The translations under genes and the position numbers were made by a program. 51,152 nucleotides of DNA from an uncultured Actinomycetes bacterium (lineage in GTDB: Bacteria > Actinomycetota > UBA4738 > HRBIN12), in the NCBI GenBank assembly GCA_964535065.1, contig CAZHRY010000005.1, forward strand, positions 1 through 51,152. The letters run 5' to 3'. A model generated the notes under the pieces. It did no database searches. It worked only from the letters and a program-made list of their open reading frames with translations, and was not told the DNA's origin. Shown here piece by piece: positions 51,023-51,152 of the stretch. Numbering within the stretch: position 1 is the stretch's first letter; the number at the start of each line of letters is the position of its first letter.

Positions 51023-51152
51023 TCACGGACCCCGAGCGCGCTTAGGTCTCTCGAAGCGCCCGAAGACCGCGACGAGCCCCACGAGGAACAACGCCGGTAC
51101 CGCCTCCCACAGTGGCCGCTGCAACCACCACGCAGACGTGCTGTCGTGCTCG
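51023..51152 (-). CDS. C-terminal end of a membrane protein gene that continues beyond the window
   Basis: Hand translation of the minus strand gives ...EHDSTSAWWLQRPLWEAVPALFLVGLVAVFGRFERPKRARGP, then TGA (complement of 51023-51025). High third-position GC and one TM helix. Not in the ORF track because it is open at the window edge. Confidence 0.35.
   Translation of the reverse strand, partial: EHDSTSAWWLQRPLWEAVPALFLVGLVAVFGRFERPKRARGP

Overview
This is a very GC-rich (judged by eye, not computed), gene-dense chromosomal segment of actinobacterial type. The evidence for that is synteny: metG-rsmI-pmt, galU-moeA-moaC, fmdB plus a SAF-domain gene, and an MptB-like GT-C mannosyltransferase. 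The exact taxon cannot be determined from this window. I support about 60 protein-coding genes and one tRNA-Ala(CGC). I saw no rRNA, CRISPR array, transposase, integrase or phage genes. Many long ORFs in the track are antisense or off-frame shadows typical of high-GC DNA, and I rejected them.

Gene content runs as follows:
- Housekeeping genes: metG, rsmI, pmt.
- A CocE/NonD hydrolase.
- A same-strand string of MFS transporter, small Lys-rich protein, AsnC-like protein, CPBP protease and YbaK-like protein.
- A SIS/PfkB sugar module.
- A macro-domain protein and a rhodanese.
- glcDEF.
- A large molybdenum-hydroxylase neighbourhood at 16.4-28.8 kb.
- A C-N hydrolase with a class III aminotransferase.
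- Assorted hydrolases.
- tRNA-Ala next to a translin/TRAX-like operon.
- moaC-moeA-galU, fmdB-mtnP, uppP, and tldD-pmbA-GNAT.
- Envelope GT-C-type membrane proteins.

I did not find a clear new multi-gene system. The best candidates are:
1. A form II (AYRGAGR-type) coxSLM cluster with a full maturation set. It embeds an MscS channel gene and two mutually paralogous, unclassifiable pilin-like membrane proteins, one of them translationally coupled to coxE.
2. A bacterial TRAX-like translin that appears to retain catalytic acidic residues. It sits in a three-gene operon that ends 34 nt from tRNA-Ala.
3. Three disrupted genes: an in-frame TGA in glcD, a frameshift in a cation-transporter gene, and an in-frame TAG right after a G8 run in a GT-C-like gene. 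These are either assembly errors or real decay or recoding.
4. Several unexplained DNA structures: a 3x17-bp tandem repeat that supplies both stop codons of a convergent gene pair, a 16-bp perfect inverted repeat upstream of tldD, twin palindromes in a divergent promoter, and a 14-bp GC hairpin in a 329-nt divergent spacer.

All family assignments come from motif recognition by eye. No database search was run.
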